The notes under the pieces are model-generated. The model made no database searches. It worked only from the letters and a program-made list of their open reading frames with translations, and was not told the origin of the DNA. Below, one piece after another: positions 14,675 to 27,299 of a stretch of DNA of 64,000 nt (position 1 is the stretch's first letter; each line of letters begins with the position of its first letter). The stretch covers positions 8,620,001-8,684,000 of the forward strand of contig CM075990.1 in assembly GCA_038087875.1 (NCBI GenBank). The letters are read 5' to 3'. This DNA is from Malacoraja senta (taxonomy: Eukaryota). A program made the position numbers and the translations under genes.

Positions 14675-16539
14675 CTTTAGACAATAACTCATGCAACCCT
14701 GTTCAGAATTCTATCTGCAAATATCCAGACATATTCAACCAAATTTTATAACTTCTGAACACGCAATATGTAAGCCTCTTGCTGTATGATGAAAGGGAAA
14801 TATCCATTCTATTGGCTGCTAATGAGTCATCAGAAATCTCTTAAGAGAGTATTAACTAACAATGAAGAAACTATCTTTTATCTCATAGGTACCAGCAAGC
14901 TCAGTGTACCTGTATACAGAATAATACCCCCAATCTCTGATCTGGTGGGTATGCTGTTAACTCCAAATGTACGCAACCATGCCCGTTTTGCTTTATGAGA
15001 TAATTCCCATAACAAGCTACCCTAATGTCAGTTATGACCCAGACACCGCCGCGCCATGCGTCGACGTATTAACATGCATGCGGGCTGGCGGGTTCTTCAC
15101 GTAGTCACTCATGTGACTTCGAAATAAAATTCTACAGATTCACCAACCTCCGACTAAAGGAATTTCTCCTCATCTCCTTCCTAAAAGAACGTCCTTTAAT
15201 TCTCAGGCTATGACCTCTAATCCTAGACTCTCCTGCCTGGATATTTTTGGCTGGGACTGACAATCATTCTCATTGAGGAATGGAATCAGGCAGGCCTCGT
15301 GCTCATGGTGAATGCTCAGTGATCTCTGCTGGATGCCTGAGATAGCCATGTACCCTGTCAACTCAAATTGCAAGGATTACAACTAAGCATAGGTCCATGA
15401 GACCTGGGGGAGATATTATGGCCTGTAGAACGTAAGGTAAAAAGTCAAGGACAAGAAATTCCATATTAAAGCTTAATCTCTTTAATTAAGATAGTTCTGT
15501 CTTGGGGTCACTACCCGGTGGAAATTAATACATCACGCTTGTTGCCCTATACATCTGGTGAAGCGGAGCAATAAAAGACCCGGTGCACCTTTGAACCATT
15601 ATACGATCAGAACCATGCATGAAGCCCTAATCGCCTGTGATAAAGTTGTAATGTATAAGGTCAATGTGCCCACTTGTCCACTTCTCCATCAGTCCATGGC
15701 AACCGTTTAAGTTTGCCACTTACAGAAAGTTTAACGGCAGTGCAGACAAAAGCAGGGAACTACAAAAATACATTGATTGATTCGCTGAGTGAGCGAGTGA
15801 GAAAAGCTGCAGCAAATGGTTTGAACTGAGGTGTGTTTGAGATTCATTCTGGAGCAAAAGAGGATTGATCTGAGTATTGCTAAGTGCATAGCAGGGGAAG
15901 AAGCTTAGGGGTAATTGAACACAAACAAACATATATAGTGTTTAGATGCAAGAAGCAATTAAAAAAGTTAATGGATTGTCAACCTTTATAAACCAATGTT
16001 GGATCTCATCTGAAATGCAGTGCAGATTCACCAGAATGTTGGCAGGCTCTTTAAGGTGCAATGATTGAGAGAATGCATAAACTAGATTTGCATTTTCTAG
16101 AATCTAAAAGGCAAAGAGGTGATTTCATAGAGGTTTCATGATAATGGAAGCAATTTATTGCGAGGGAAAGAGAAACGTTTAATGCTAGTGTGGAGAAATC
16201 AGTCATATAGAGAAAAATAGCAAGTATTTAATTTCAAATAAGTAACTTGAATTGCAGAGTTTCTGCAAACAATGTGATGTATATGATGATAATTTTCGAA
16301 GAGGAAGGATTCCTATTCCTGTTCCTTCCTATTTGAAAATTATATTGTATATTTGCATTCTTATCAATCTCTTTTTCCCAAGTCTCGCTGTCTTTATGAA
16401 TTATTTTCTCCATTCTTTCTTTGCCTTTTTGTTAGCCCCATTCCATTTCTCTCTCTCTCTGACACGATTCTTCCTTCACTCTCTCCATCTCTTTTTCATT
16501 CTTTCACCTCTATTAATTCATGCAGTATAATGTAGATAC

Positions 16540-16955
16540 ATGTGAGGTTATCCACTGTAGCGGAAAGAACAAGGAGGCAGATTATTATCTCAATGGTGTC
16601 AGATTAGGAAAAAAGGAAGTGCAATGAGACCTGGATGTCCTTGTACACCAGTCACTGAAAGTAAACATGCAGGTACAGCAAGCAGTGAAGAAAGCTAATG
16701 GCATGCTGGCCTTCGTAACGAGAGGATTTGAGTATAGGAGTAAAGAGGTCCTTCTGCAGTTGTACAGGGTCCTGGTGAGACCACACCTGGAGCATTGTGT
16801 GCAGTTTTGGTCTCCTAATTTGAGGAAGGACATCCTTGCGATTGAGGCAGTGCAGCGTAGGTTCACAAGGTTAATCGCTGGGATGGGGGGACTGTCATAT
16901 GAGGAAAGATTGGAAAGACTGGGCTTGTACTCACTGGAATTTAGAAGGATGAGGA
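16540..16955 (+). mobile_element. CR1-clade LINE internal fragment
   Basis: ORF 16667-16963: QVQQAVKKANGMLAF...RPHLEHCVQFWSP. Confidence 0.85.
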
Positions 16956-16957
16956 TG

Positions 16958-17369
16958 TTTTGACCCGGGCGCCGTCGCACTCAAAGTCCGGCACCCGGGC
17001 CAAAACTCCTCAGCTGGCCTGCCGGCTGGGCTTTGTGTTCTGCTACACGCAAAGTCCGGCACCCCATCCAACTCATGAACCGATGATCGGCTATGAGAAG
17101 GAGGGGTGGTGGTGTCGGCGCTAAGCGAAGGTCCGATGGTCGGGCTGCCGACCGATGGGGCCACGGGTGAGGGGCAGCTGCTGTACTCCATCGGCTGCAC
17201 TACATCGGGACGGGTGAGGCAGGGCCAGACACGGCGCTCTGACCCAACAGTTCCCTCGACCCAAGTAGTAGCAGTCAAATACGAGACAAGGGTGGTACCC
17301 GTACGGGACAAACCAATTTAGCCCAATATACGTGATGTCCCGGCTAATACGGGACAGTTTGCAACCCTA
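16958..17369. mobile_element. Truncated CpG-rich DNA-transposon-like fragment ending in GCAACCCTA (TAGGGTTGC-type hAT terminus)
   Basis: Abrupt switch from CR1 to GC-rich sequence; repeated cgggac subterminal motifs; only one terminus visible. Confidence 0.5.
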
Positions 17370-17929
17370 GCTGTATGGGTTTTGTGTCAGGACGTTGGAG
17401 TCAGATCATGCTTGTTCAGAAGCAGGTGGTCGCATTCTCCAGTGAAAGCTCTGAAATAAGAACATAAGAAATGGGAGCAGGAGTAGGTCACCCAGCCCTT
17501 TTATCAATATCATGACTGATCTACAACTGCAACAATTTCCAGTACTAACACCACGTCCCTTGATACTTTTAACATCTAGAAATCTATCATTCTCTGCTTA
17601 TTAACTGAGCTAGCAGAACCTTCAGGCCTGGAAAGTTCTGAAGGTGGACTACCTTCTGAGTGGAGAGACTTTTAACTATCTGAGTCCTAAATGGTCTATC
17701 CCACATTCTGCGCTGGAACTGATGTCCTCAGTCAGGGCAAAAATTCCTCCCGACATACAGCCGATACAAATTTTCAATTTCAGTAAATTAGAATGATATA
17801 AGGACTAATCAGGAGGAAATTTGAAACAGAGCACTTCAAGATCCCTGTTGTGTTTTGAAAATAGTTGTTAATCCAAAGGAATTTGGTACAGGTGCAATGG
17901 GTGTTTATATAAGAACCATATCAAGTAGG

Positions 17930-18420
17930 AAGGAGTACAGGGAGGATTTACGAGTATGTTGCCAGGACTAGAGGGTACGAGCTATAGGGAAAGGTTGAGT
18001 CAGCTGGAACTCTATTCCTTGGAGCGCAGGAGGATGAGGGGTGATCTTATAGAGGTGTATAAAATCATGAGAGGAATAGATCGGGTGGATGCACAGAGTC
18101 GCTTGCCCAGAGTAGGTGAATCGTGGACCAGAACACACAGGTTTAAGTTGAAGGGGAAAAGATTGAATAGGAATCTGAGGGGTAAATTTTTCACACAAAG
18201 GGTGGTGGGTGAATAGGCTGCCGGAGGAGACAGTTGAGGCAGGGACTATCCCAATATTTAAGAAACAGTTAGACCGGTACATGGATAGGTCAGGTTTGGA
18301 GGGATATGGACCAAACGCAGGCAGGTGGGATTAGTGTAGCTGGGACATGTTGGCCGGTGTGGGCAAGTTGGGCCGAAAGGCCTGTTTCCACATTGTATCA
18401 CTATGACTCTATGACTCTAT
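17930..18420 (+). mobile_element. CR1-clade LINE 3' end with (ATGACTCT)n tail
   Basis: ORF 17956-18216: LYSLERRRMRGDLIEVYKI. Confidence 0.85.
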
Positions 18421-19530
18421 CTATTGTAATGTTAACACTAATATTATGCTAACTAATTCAGAGTGAACATTGTGTATCTTGTTCCCCTGAGTATGAACAA
18501 TAATCATGAGCTAGACACCAAAGGAGAGGAATAATAATTGCTCTGCCACTTACTTCTCGTTTGTTATTTTTATTCTGGGATGATTGACAACCTACAAAGT
18601 AAGATTAAGGTTTTTTGCCAAGAGGCTTCATTCACAATTCTGTCTGAAGCCCGATCCATTCTTTGCCAATATTTGGCCAAGAATTTGAAAACCCTTAAAT
18701 CTCCATGTAAACAAGGAAAGCAAGGCAGGTAAATATATACAAACATCAGTGGAGCAGGAATGGGAAATTCATAAAAACAACATCAATTTTTGGACCGTGT
18801 GATGCACATGACTCTTGCACGTCAATTAGCTGTTCCCAATGGAGGTTTTTTTTAGATATAAAGGAGCTAGTGTGCATATTGTTCCTTGCTGTTGGTGACT
18901 ATGGTGCACCATCGTCCTATAAGAAGACCAGATTGCCTGTCCATCCATTAATCCATAAATGTAACTTTTATAATTTAGAATTTTTTTAAGGAATGTAAAA
19001 AATTCTATAAATATTGACATGTAACTTTTTAGCGATGTCGGTGCACCATACCGATATGTACCATCACAAACAAACATGGCCCGCCGTGGATACAATTTTA
19101 GTATTAGAATTAAATTCACATCTGAGACTTGATTTAATCTGTCGTCCTTCCCTCTGCATGTCCAACAGGGTATGTAGTCTCACCACGATTCCTCTTCGAA
19201 ACAGAGAAAGTGATTCAGTATTTCAGTTTTTCAGAGAAAGTGTTCATCAACATTCTTCAGTGTCTCATATGTTCTTTCCCTCCTGAGCAGGATTTATAAC
19301 AAGGCAACCAGCTTGAACCCTTTGATTGCTTTCACCACCTCCCATAAGAATCCCAGCCATCATTACAGCTGTATCTTTAGCCATCTTCCTGTCCAACCTG
19401 TATCATTATTAAAACAGATTGTGTTCAATTTAGTTGCTGTGTTTCGTGCACCACAACATCTCAGTGTCTACTCTATTGATCACATGCACTTTGGGATATC
19501 TTAGAGTCACGAAAAGAATGACCCATTTAG

Positions 19531-19840
19531 GGGGCAACATGGTGGCGCAGCGGTAGAGTTGCTGCCTTACCGTGCCAGTGATCCTGGTTCGATCCTGACA
19601 ACGGGTGCTGTCTGTACAGAGTTTGTACGTTCTCCCCATGACCACATGCTCTTCCTCTGGTGCTCCGGTTTCCTTCCACACTCCAAAGACGTACAGGTTT
19701 GTAGATTAATTGGGTTCATTAAACGATTGTAAATTTTCCCTGGTGTGTCGGATCATGCTAGTGTATGGTGATAGCTGGTGGGCACGGATTTGATGGGCCA
19801 AAAGGGCTGTTTCCGAGCTGTATCTCTAAATTAAACTAAA
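19531..19840 (+). mobile_element. Full-length HE1-type V-SINE
   Basis: Pol III A box TGGCGCAGCGG, B box GGTTCGATCC, V-domain and LINE-like tail. Minus-strand copies at ~22016-22303, 29000-29290, 37955-38253, 41287-41575, 56365-56640 and 58415-58657. Confidence 0.85.
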
Positions 19841-22535
19841 CAAACTTGTAAATTGAAGTAGCTTTTGATTCCAACTTGCCAAGAGGTTACTAAACAGTAG
19901 CTGATGCATTTATTCAAGTAGTTGTTTCCTCGTGCAGTCAGTTAGTGATGGTCGCAAAGCTTGGAACTGATCCTGATCATGACTACTGGTGGCAAGCTCA
20001 GAACAATGACCCTGGCCATGGACTCTTGAATCTGCCGCTGGTCAATAGTCCTGCTCTGTCTCCGGTCAGCTGTAGCAACTCTCTCCTGCTATTTCAATAC
20101 TTCCATTCAATCCCGAGTTCAATGATGTGGAATGCACTTTAATATCTCCAAATCACATGCAAAACTCAAACATCAGAGAAGTGCATGTAAACTTTCTACA
20201 TGAATCAGAATTTGAAAACTCTTCCACAATGCACCACTCTGGATTGTGAGAATTGTCAGCAACAGGTTATTTTCCTTGAGTCGCAAACATCTTTAAAGTT
20301 CAGGCAAACTAAATTTATTTTACAAATGAGGTCTGGCTGTGCAGAGTAAGGTGTGATCCAAAGTCACCGGGCTGTGATGTTGATACTTGCACTAAGGAGT
20401 TGAGAAACGACCACATGGGTCCCGACTCGAAACATCACCCATCCATGTTCTCCAGAGATGCTCCTGACCCGCTGAGTTGCTCCAGCACTCTTGTGTGTTT
20501 ATTTATAAAGCACCATCTGTAGTTCCTTGTGACCACATTACAAAGTGTGACATGCACTTTGTGGTGGAATTCATTATAGCCATTGAACACCTCATTCCAT
20601 TCCCTCTGAAAGTCTGGTGGTTTTGGAGAACCTGCTTGATGATCTTGCCTTAAGTCCCGTTCTTGCTTATATTCTGCCAGTCCTGATGACGACTCATCTT
20701 GGAGACTGGTGCAATTTTGCAAAGCTAGCTATCCTGCATCCAACACTGATTCCATTGCCATTTAGCCAGAACTTTGTTAAAAATGAATCTTCTTGTCATG
20801 TCTCACTGAGTTTTCTAAATGCCCCTGAAAAAAAGATTGTTTAAAATTCCTCACCCAGTTTCACTGGCTCTTCCTTTCTGCCCCTGGAGGTCAATGATGT
20901 TCTTACCTTAGTTATTGATCTGAAGACTATCTTAGATGACCCAAAATCGATGAGTTAGCCAGCACATTAGCTGTGCGATTGAAAGGTTAGAAGCCAGATG
21001 CCATTATCATACCGATATAACTAATCTCATGATAATAGATGCCGTTGCTGAGAAGCAATATACAGATGAGGAAAAGGAATAACCAAGGAGCAAACAGCTT
21101 CTCAGGTGAAACAATAGCAAAGCTGTTAAGTGGGTTTTTCTGGATTTCGCAGCAGTGATACAAACGGAATAGGGAGCTATGTGCCGTACAAGCCTGGCCA
21201 TTGAACGATGCAGTATCTTCTCACTAAAGGACATCCAGTCACTTTAATTTGCCTCACAGCACCCCTGGGACCCGCGTTTCATCCTGACCTCATGTGCCAC
21301 CTGTGTGGATTTTGCATGTTCTCCCTGTGGCTACGTGGGATATCTCTGGGTGCTAAGGAATGGATGATAAAGTGGGATAACATAAAATAGTTGGTCTGGT
21401 CTCGCTGGGCCAAATAACCTGTTTCTATACTGTATCTCTAAATTAAACTAAACTGGCCTAAACACAAGGGGAATTAATTTCAGAAATAAAATAATTCTAT
21501 GCTTGGCCTAAGTTACTGAATTGGTTTCTTTCCATCAGTAATACATTTAAATCAGTCAGTTAAGATATTGTTTCTGTGACAATGGCTTTAGTAGAGCCCA
21601 GAGTGATTAATGCACTCAGTATACCGACAGTTTGCTTCTTTGAGATATTAGTAAAAAATCCTGTTTTAGCATTGCTGGTGAGATTTCTGCTCGATTGCTG
21701 GACTGTGACACAAACACAGTTTATGCAAAAAAAATCTTCTTTCACATTGACTCAGGAAGATCAAAGTCATCGTTCCTGACACAGTTCCTGAATGCCCCCA
21801 CCCTGTCCATTGCTGCCCCCTCCCTGCCCACTGTCTGGGGATGAATTGGTCACTTTTGTGTTGCACCTCAAGCTGAACAGTAGCCTCCAAAACAAGGTAC
21901 ACATGTGGAACAATAACATTCCAGTAGTCTGCCACTCCTGCTAATCAGGCAACTAACATCCTTTAATCCAGAACGTGAGCCACAGATCCAGTTGGGGGTA
22001 GGAGGTTTTGTTTTTAGTTTAGTTTAGAGATACAGCGTGGAAACAGGCCTTTCGGCCCACCGAGTCCACTCTGACCAGCGATCCCCGCACACTAACACTA
22101 CCCTACACGCATTAGAGAAAATTTTACATTTGTACCAAGCCAATTAACTTACAAACCTGTAAGTCTTTGGAGTGTGGGAGGAAACCGAAGATCTCGTAGA
22201 ACACCCAAGCGGGTCACAGGGAAAACGTACAAATTCCGTACAGACAAGCACCCATGGTTAGGATCGAACCCGGGTCTCTGGCGCTGTAAGGTAGTGGCTC
22301 TATCAGCCTGCATGAGGGGGGGTTTTGGAGTACAGCCAGGACAAAGGTACCATCGAAGTGGTAATCACCGGGGTTATATACAGATACTTTTGTAATGTTT
22401 AAGAAACAGTTAATGTAGATGGGTATATGGATAGGACAGGTTTAGAGGGGAACGGTATAAAAGCCCTGCATTCATCACACCTGCTCCTGTGTGGCCGCCA
22501 CATTGAGATTAATCAAACAATGTCAACTTTTAGAT

Positions 22536-23793
22536 TGTACTAGACATCAAATGGGAGGGCTGGTCCTCCAACGCAATATTCCACCTCTCAACCAATTCCA
22601 ATATTGGCGGCCAGTGGGGGGGGGGGGGGCTTTCTGGAGCGCTAGCATGGGTGTTGTGGGTTGATCGGACTGGTTTCCAGAGGGCTAGTATGGACAGTGT
22701 GGGCCAAATGGATTCTTGGGCTGGCGGCTCACTCACTCAAGCCTGTTGTGCTGGCAGCTCAGTCACTCACGGCTGGTGGGCTGGCAGTTGACACGGCTAT
22801 TCCTTGAAATTTCATTTCAAGCAGGGTGCAAAGCCACCAAATTCAAGTGCAGTTTCGTACCACTTCAAGCAGGGTGCAAGGCCACCAAATTCAAATGAAG
22901 TTTCATACCATTTCAAGCAGGGTGCAAGGCCACTAAAGACAGCGAGTCGTGACCTCTCCCTCCTCCATCTTGCAGAGACTGAGCCACGCCCACACTTCTG
23001 GGTTTTATAATCCCTCCCACCAGAAGGGGCATGGCCTTCATGGCGTGATTGACAGGAGAGAGAATCTCAACATTTTTTAAACACTAATAACTCTTTTATT
23101 TTTCATCGATGGGAAAAATCCTCGTCACCTGATGAGTGGAGGGGGACTCTGAGTAAGATGGCCAATAATCACAGCCGTACGTGGGAGCGTTTTTTCTAAA
23201 ATCAATATAAATGCAAACAGAAAGTGGTCAAGATTAGACTTTTAATTATATAGAAGGCAAGGCAACTTTAATTAGGCAACGTAACTTTAATTATGCAACT
23301 TAACTTTAATTAGGCAACACAGCTTGAGCATTTCCAAACCAAAGGCAACACAGCTTTAGCATTTCCAAACCAAAGGCAACACAGCTTTAGCATTTCCAAA
23401 CCAAAGGCAACACAGCTTTAGCATTTCCAAACTATATTTTCAAACCACATTAAGGGCACTGACAGGTCAGTAAAACCACTCACAGTTTAGTAGACATGTG
23501 TTCAGTGTTATTCACAGCTCAGACTGAGAGACGTGACCCTCTCGCTCCCCCATCTTTCAGAGACTGACTGGGGCACTCAACATTTCCGGGTTTTATAGTC
23601 ACTCCGGAAGGGTCATGGCCTTCAGGAGAGAGAATCTCAACATTTTTAAAACATTAATAACTCTTTTATTTTTCATCAATGGGAAAAATCCTCTTGTCCT
23701 GGGCAGCGGAGGGGGACTCTGAGTAAGATGGCCAAAAATCACAGCCGTAAGTGGCAGCAACAGGAAGTGGTCAAGATCAGACTTTTATAGATG
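22536..23793. mobile_element. Putative non-autonomous rolling-circle (Helentron/HINE-like) element with duplicated end and internal minisatellites
   Basis: Starts near gtactaga; diverged direct repeat ~22947-23253 / ~23532-23791, each ending ...agacttt(..)atataga; 31-bp x~4 repeat at 23312-23432; x3 repeat at ~22815-22932. Family call is inference. Confidence 0.45.
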
Positions 23794-23887
23794 ATACATA
23801 CATTAAACTTGAAGCTGAAATACCATGATTAATTAAAAATGTAAAAATAAGTGCTTATCATTTTAAAATTTCCTTTTGAGGAAGTTA

Positions 23888-24189
23888 AGGGCCTGTCCCA
23901 CTTCAGCGACTGCCGGCACCCATCATAGTTCGCTGAAAAATTTCAATATGTTGTTGGCGACCTCAGAGCTGGCGACCTCTCACGTCCATACAGGCGACCC
24001 CCTGGCGACATGCCTCTGGTGACACCCCGCGACATGTCGCCAGGGGTCACCTGTAGAGGTCTCCTAGTCACCCGAAGAGTCGTAGCGGCTTTCTGATCGC
24101 CGCTGAATTTTCAACATGTTGAAAATTTTCGCCGACCTATGACGGGTGCCGGCAGTCGCCGAAAAGGTCGCGTAAGTGGGACAGGCCCT
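23888..24189. mobile_element. PIF/Harbinger-type MITE
   Basis: TIR AGGGCCTGTCCCACTT...AAGTGGGACAGGCCCT; TTA duplicated on both sides; internally palindromic and CpG-rich. Confidence 0.8.
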
Positions 24190-25124
24190 TTAGAGTCCAC
24201 ACACACATTCAGTCTGAGGTTTCCTGGAATAAGAAGAGGTTCTACAGTGATGCAAATCTTTTCCTTTAATATGCTTGTTTTATGTTCAGGTTATTTAGGT
24301 TATTTAGTTTATCGTCACGTGTACCGAGGTACAGTGAAAAGCTTTTGTTGCATGCTATCCAGTCAGCAGAAAGACAATACATGTACCGAGGTACAGTGAA
24401 AAGCTTTTGTTGTGTGCTATCCAGTCAGCAGAAAAACAATACATGATTACAATCGAGCCATTTACAGTGTATAGATACATGATAAGGGAATAACGCTGAG
24501 TGCAAGGTAAAGCCAGCACAGTCCAATCAAGGATAGTCCGAGGGTCACCAAAGAGGTAGATAGTAGTTCAGCACTGCTCTCTGGTTGTGTTAGGATGATT
24601 CAGTTGCCTGATAACAGCTGGGAAGAAACTGTCAATGAATCTGGTGGTGTGCGTTTTCACACTTCTATACCTTTTGCCCGATGGGAGAGGGAAGAAGAGG
24701 GAGTGGCCAGAGTGCGACTCGTCCTTGATTATGCTGCTGGCCTTGCCGAGGCAGCGTGAGATATAAATGGATATATAACTATTTATATTCAGCTGGTTGA
24801 TCACAACTAAGGAATAAGCAACATCTATGGACTTTGAGAATATATTGGTTCATGCATCAATCAAATAATGAAAACATCTTTCTCTCTGTGGTTCTTTGGT
24901 TTGAGTTTAGATTGAGAATCAATGCAGTTGATGGATTTGAGTCTGACACAGTTTAGACTCACAATCTTTATTGAGGATCCTTGTCAATCATTCAGTTGTC
25001 TCACAAAAGCAAATCTGGGAATAGAAGATCTAATAAAGGATTTGACATTTCTCCTCTGCCTTGCTCACAGAAAACTAGCACTGATTTATTTATCGATTGT
25101 TTCTTTTTATCATCTCCTCCGCAG

Positions 25125-25226
25125 CTGGCTGTTTGGGATCCAGTGATGGGTCTGAACGGGAGTCTCCAGGAGCGACGCTTGGAAAGTGACATGCAGGGAG
25201 TCATCCTGAAAGTGGTCACCATTCTG
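25125..25226 (+). CDS. GRID1: GluD1 exon (human exon 9 equivalent), NTD-LBD linker and start of S1
   Basis: Pyrimidine tract + cag| ... |gtaaac; 102 nt, phase 0/0; encodes LAVWDPVMGLNGSLQERRLESDMQGVILKVVTIL, matching the delta-receptor GLNGSL...LKVVT motif. Confidence 0.93.
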
Positions 25227-25451
25227 GTAAACAGAGATCTCCACATTAGTGTGATCAACTACTTAAAGAGTTCCAAGCCAGGTCCACTGCCCCACGAGAT
25301 CTATCACTCATCAATCCTACTCCACAACTCAAGTACTGTATTCCATCACTCCCAACAACCCCATCAGTCTTGTCATCCCCATCTCTCTCTTTGCTCAAGT
25401 CCATCATTCCCATCGCTTGAGCTCTCGATCACGTTCCAGTGACTTGACAAG

Positions 25452-25920
25452 TTTAGTTTACTTTAGAGATACAGCGCGGAAACAGACCCTTCGGCCCACC
25501 GAGATCGCGCCGAGCAGCGATCTCCGCACATTAACACTACCCTACACACACACATACACCAAGCCAATTAACCAACAAACCTGTACATCTGAAGTGTGGG
25601 AGGAAACCGAAACTCCAAAGACGTACAGGTGTGAATGTTAATTAGCTTGGTATAAATGTAAATTGTCCCTCGTGTGTGTAGGATAGTGTTAATGTGCGGG
25701 GATCGCTGGTCGGTGCGGACTCGGTGGGCCGAAGGGCCTGTTTCCACGCTGTATCTCTAAATGAAACTAAAAATTATAAAAATCACGGAGAAAACCCACG
25801 CAGGTCACAGGGAGAACCTACAAACTCCGTACAGACAGCCCCCGTAGTTGGGATCGAACCTGGGTCTCCAGTGCTGCAAGCTCTGTAAGGCAGCAACTCT
25901 ACCGCTGCGCCACCTTGCCA
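25452..25920 (-). mobile_element. HE1-type SINE containing an opposite-orientation SINE 3' half (~25612-25775)
   Basis: The SINE is interrupted at aggaaaccga| and resumes at |aatcacggagaaaacc. Confidence 0.75.
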
Positions 25921-27003
25921 CCCTGTCATTATATGGCCTTTCCAAGACTTCACTGCATCACAATTCACTGCAATATCATGTTGCCTCATCTCCCTATCCT
26001 TCATGTTGATCTGTCGACCATGACCTCTTGCCTCTGGAGCCATACCTTGCTCACCTCCACCTCCACCTCCAACTAGCAACCTTCAAAGGCTTGTCCCCTC
26101 ATAGAGGTTGAAAGAAATGCCTTTTTTTGCCTCGTACGCAGTGTATGTGATTGAGCTGTCTTTCAGATCCAGCAGCTTAGGATATTTATCAGGGACCTAA
26201 AAAAGGGCTCATTATTCTTGGTTTACCTTTATTTTTATCTCCGTAACTCCTTAAAACCAGTTCAGAAACTGATTCATGTCAATCAAGGGGATAGCTAGGA
26301 TATTAATGATCATGAAAATAATTTAAAAACTGCTGATGTTGCAAATCTAAAAACAGGAGATACTCGGAATACTTAGCAGGTCTGGCTGTGTCGGTGGGAA
26401 ATGATAAAAGGTCTTTGAGTTGAAACGTCAACCCTTTCTTTTCTCACAGATACATAGAACATAGGAACAGGATCTCCGGCCCACAAAGTCTATAATAAGT
26501 CTATAATATTCCAAGTTAAATTAATCTCCTCTGCCTGTACAATATACATACCCCTCCATTACCAGTATTTCAATGATCCTATCCAAAAGTCTCTTCAATG
26601 CCACTATCTTCACTACCCCTGACAGCATGTTCCAGGCACCCACCATTCTCTGTGTAATGATGCCACCTCACCTGCTGAGTATATCCAGTACGTTCTGTTT
26701 TTATTTTAAAATTAGGTTTATATTCATACACATCAGTGGGGATTTGCTTCATGTTCCAGGCATTATTAACTCATTGGCACAACATATATATTTTTCCAAA
26801 ACCAATACACCAATCCAATAAAATAACCAAGGCCGAAACGAGATGTAAATAAATAATATATTGTATTGATGTTGGCCGTGAATGACCTGACATAGAGTGA
26901 GGAAGATTAGACTTCTTGTGAAACATCGGTTGGGCCCCAGGTGTAGCTCTTTCCTAGTTTGAAGGTGTTAATATTTAATGCTGCCTGTATGCTCCTCAAC
27001 CTT

Positions 27004-27290
27004 GCGTGTGTGTGTGTCTGTGTGCGTGTGTGTCTGTGTCCGTGTCTGTGTGTGTGCGTGCATGTGTGTGTGCGTTTGTCTGTGTCCCTGTATGTGTGCG
27101 TGCGTGCATGTGTGCATGCGTGTGTGTGTTTGTCTGTGTCTGTGTCCCTGTATGTGTGTGTGCGTGCATGTGTGTGTGCGTGTGCGTGCGTGCGTGTGCG
27201 TGCATGTGTGTGTGTGTGTGTGCATGTGTTTGTGTGCGTGCGTGTGTGCGTACGTGTGCGTGTGCGTGTGTGCGTGTGTGTGTGTGCGTG
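27004..27290 (+). repeat. (TG)n/(TGCG)n microsatellite directly upstream of the exon-10 acceptor
   Basis: Ends 9 nt before the exon start (tacccacag|). Confidence 0.95.
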
Positions 27291-27299
27291 TACCCACAG

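Larger units (their letters stand above)
11896..15130 (-). mobile_element. Non-autonomous DIRS-type (tyrosine-recombinase retrotransposon) element with ITRs and ICR, carrying a hAT insertion
   Basis: ITRs 11968-11995 / 15076-15103 (26/28 complementary). Internal region 12120-12230 is the reverse complement of the left end 11896-11973 (78/78) fused through a shared ATT to the reverse complement of the right end 15095-15130 (35/36). Inserted at AAT in a CR1 fragment; no RT or YR ORF. Strand inferred from ICR position. Confidence 0.85.
11690..15235 (-). mobile_element. CR1-type LINE 3' fragment split by the DIRS/hAT insertion (pieces ~11690-11898 and ~15128-15235)
   Basis: ...ccttctgtggcaaagAAT | tctacagattcacca... 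rejoins to the CR1 string seen intact at ~60390-60420. Confidence 0.8.

Noticed and set aside
19531..19600. tRNA gene
   Set aside because: The A/B boxes belong to a SINE head that continues into the V-domain and LINE-like tail.
23312..23432. 31-bp direct repeats as a CRISPR-like array
   Set aside because: Head-to-tail with no spacers, in a eukaryotic context; a minisatellite.
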